A stretch of DNA of 35,432 nucleotides, taken from positions 1 to 35,432 of the IMG/VR virus record IMGVR_UViG_3300037991_001660, one strand, 5' to 3'. The notes under the pieces are model-generated. The model was not told the origin of the DNA and searched no databases. It saw only the letters and a program-made list of their open reading frames with translations. Positions 34,728 through 35,432 of the stretch are shown piece by piece; within the stretch, counting starts at the first letter, position 1, and each line of letters starts with the position of its first letter. Source of the DNA: a virus (taxonomy: Duplodnaviria; Caudoviricetes). A program made the translations under genes and the position numbers.

Positions 34728-35260
34728 TACGCTATCTCCATTGCTGTTATAACCTGTCTACAGTTTTGTGAGCAAAACTCTACAGAACCACCAGTAGTCT
34801 TAAAATAAACTTCATAGTGTAACTGAGAGGTTGATGAAGGAGAATCTAAAAACTGAATAGTATGCCCTGAAATTTGCCTGTCACCAGCATCATAAGTATT
34901 AGTAAGCCCAAGACTTCCTGAATCTCCAATAGTAGAAAGTTCTGTTGAGTCTCTATAAAGAGTTGCGTAAGCCTGTCTAGATGCTGCTGATGTATCCATA
35001 TCAAATGCAGCAATTATTAAAACCTTACTACTAGTAGAGCTAGGAGTAAAATCTATGTCTAATCCAGTTAATACATAAGAAGTGCTAGATGTAGTAATAG
35101 TGCCTCTAGCATAGTTTTGAGCAGTTTGAATTACATAATCTGCTGGTGTAAGTAATCCGTTACTAGCATCAAGCGTGTGTCCACTAGGTATGATAACCTT
35201 GTTTGCATCAGATCCGCTAGACGGACCTTCAATATTCTGTACTGTTAATGTCCCTGCCAT
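34727..35260 (-). CDS. Short fibre/receptor-binding-like protein
   Basis: VIQT...TPSSTSSKVLI...LDSPSSTSQL.Y...ITAMEIA. Confidence 0.7.
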   Translation of the reverse strand: MAGTLTVQNIEGPSSGSDANKVIIPSGHTLDASNGLLTPADYVIQTAQNYARGTITTSSTSYVLTGLDIDFTPSSTSSKVLIIAAFDMDTSAASRQAYATLYRDSTELSTIGDSGSLGLTNTYDAGDRQISGHTIQFLDSPSSTSQLHYEVYFKTTGGSVEFCSQNCRQVITAMEIA

Positions 35261-35431
35261 CTATATCACCGTCAAGTTGCCATTGACAGTAAGGGTCTTC
35301 CCACTCGCCACCGTAAGAGGGCCAGTGCAAGAAGCGTTCTCTGTACTGTCAATTGTTATATCTGAATTGAGCGTTTGCTCGTTAATACGAAAGATATCAC
35401 CAGCCGCGTTGCTCTGTCCAATCTCGCCACG
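35261..35431 (-). CDS. Partial tail protein (5' end outside window)
   Basis: ...GDIFRINEQTLNSDITIDSTENASCTGPLTVASGKTLTVNGNLTVI then TAG abutting the next ATG. Confidence 0.75.
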   Translation of the reverse strand, partial: RGEIGQSNAAGDIFRINEQTLNSDITIDSTENASCTGPLTVASGKTLTVNGNLTVI

Positions 35432-35432
35432 C

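Noticed and set aside
1-35432. Terminal repeats or a complete circular genome
   Set aside because: The two ends do not overlap and truncate different tail genes; sequence is missing between them

Overview
Nearly complete, circularly permuted genome of a dsDNA podovirus. Both window ends break inside tail-fibre genes. The gene content resembles marine alphaproteobacterial phages with a BPP-1/HTVC010P-type structural module (inference from recalled protein families; no search was run). The minus strand carries TerS, about 11 small mostly basic ORFs, TerL, portal, scaffold, a GNAT/gp13-like protein, major capsid, tail tubular A/B, three internal virion proteins, at least 12 tail/adsorption genes and a lysis cassette with an M15 endolysin. 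The plus strand (24372-30008) carries early genes: DUF932-like, Zn-finger and HTH proteins, a PD-(D/E)xK resolvase-like nuclease, YqaJ exonuclease, a Rad52/Sak-like annealase and a DUF736/SSB-like protein. No DNA or RNA polymerase, primase, helicase, integrase, tRNA or CRISPR array is recognisable. Main non-genic signals: (1) about 340 nt of near-continuous base-pairing (24024-24360) in the divergent control region, next to a C7-TATCAT-C7 tract and ending at the RBS of an unknown codon-optimised 155-aa gene, which is followed by a hairpin, an H-type pseudoknot and a terminator; (2) an exact 11-mer (TTTGTGCGTTG, minus strand) upstream of four late operons; (3) a TTGC-N6-GCAA operator over three early promoters; (4) a structured capsid mRNA leader. 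An HExxH peptidase-like domain lies inside the largest ejection protein.
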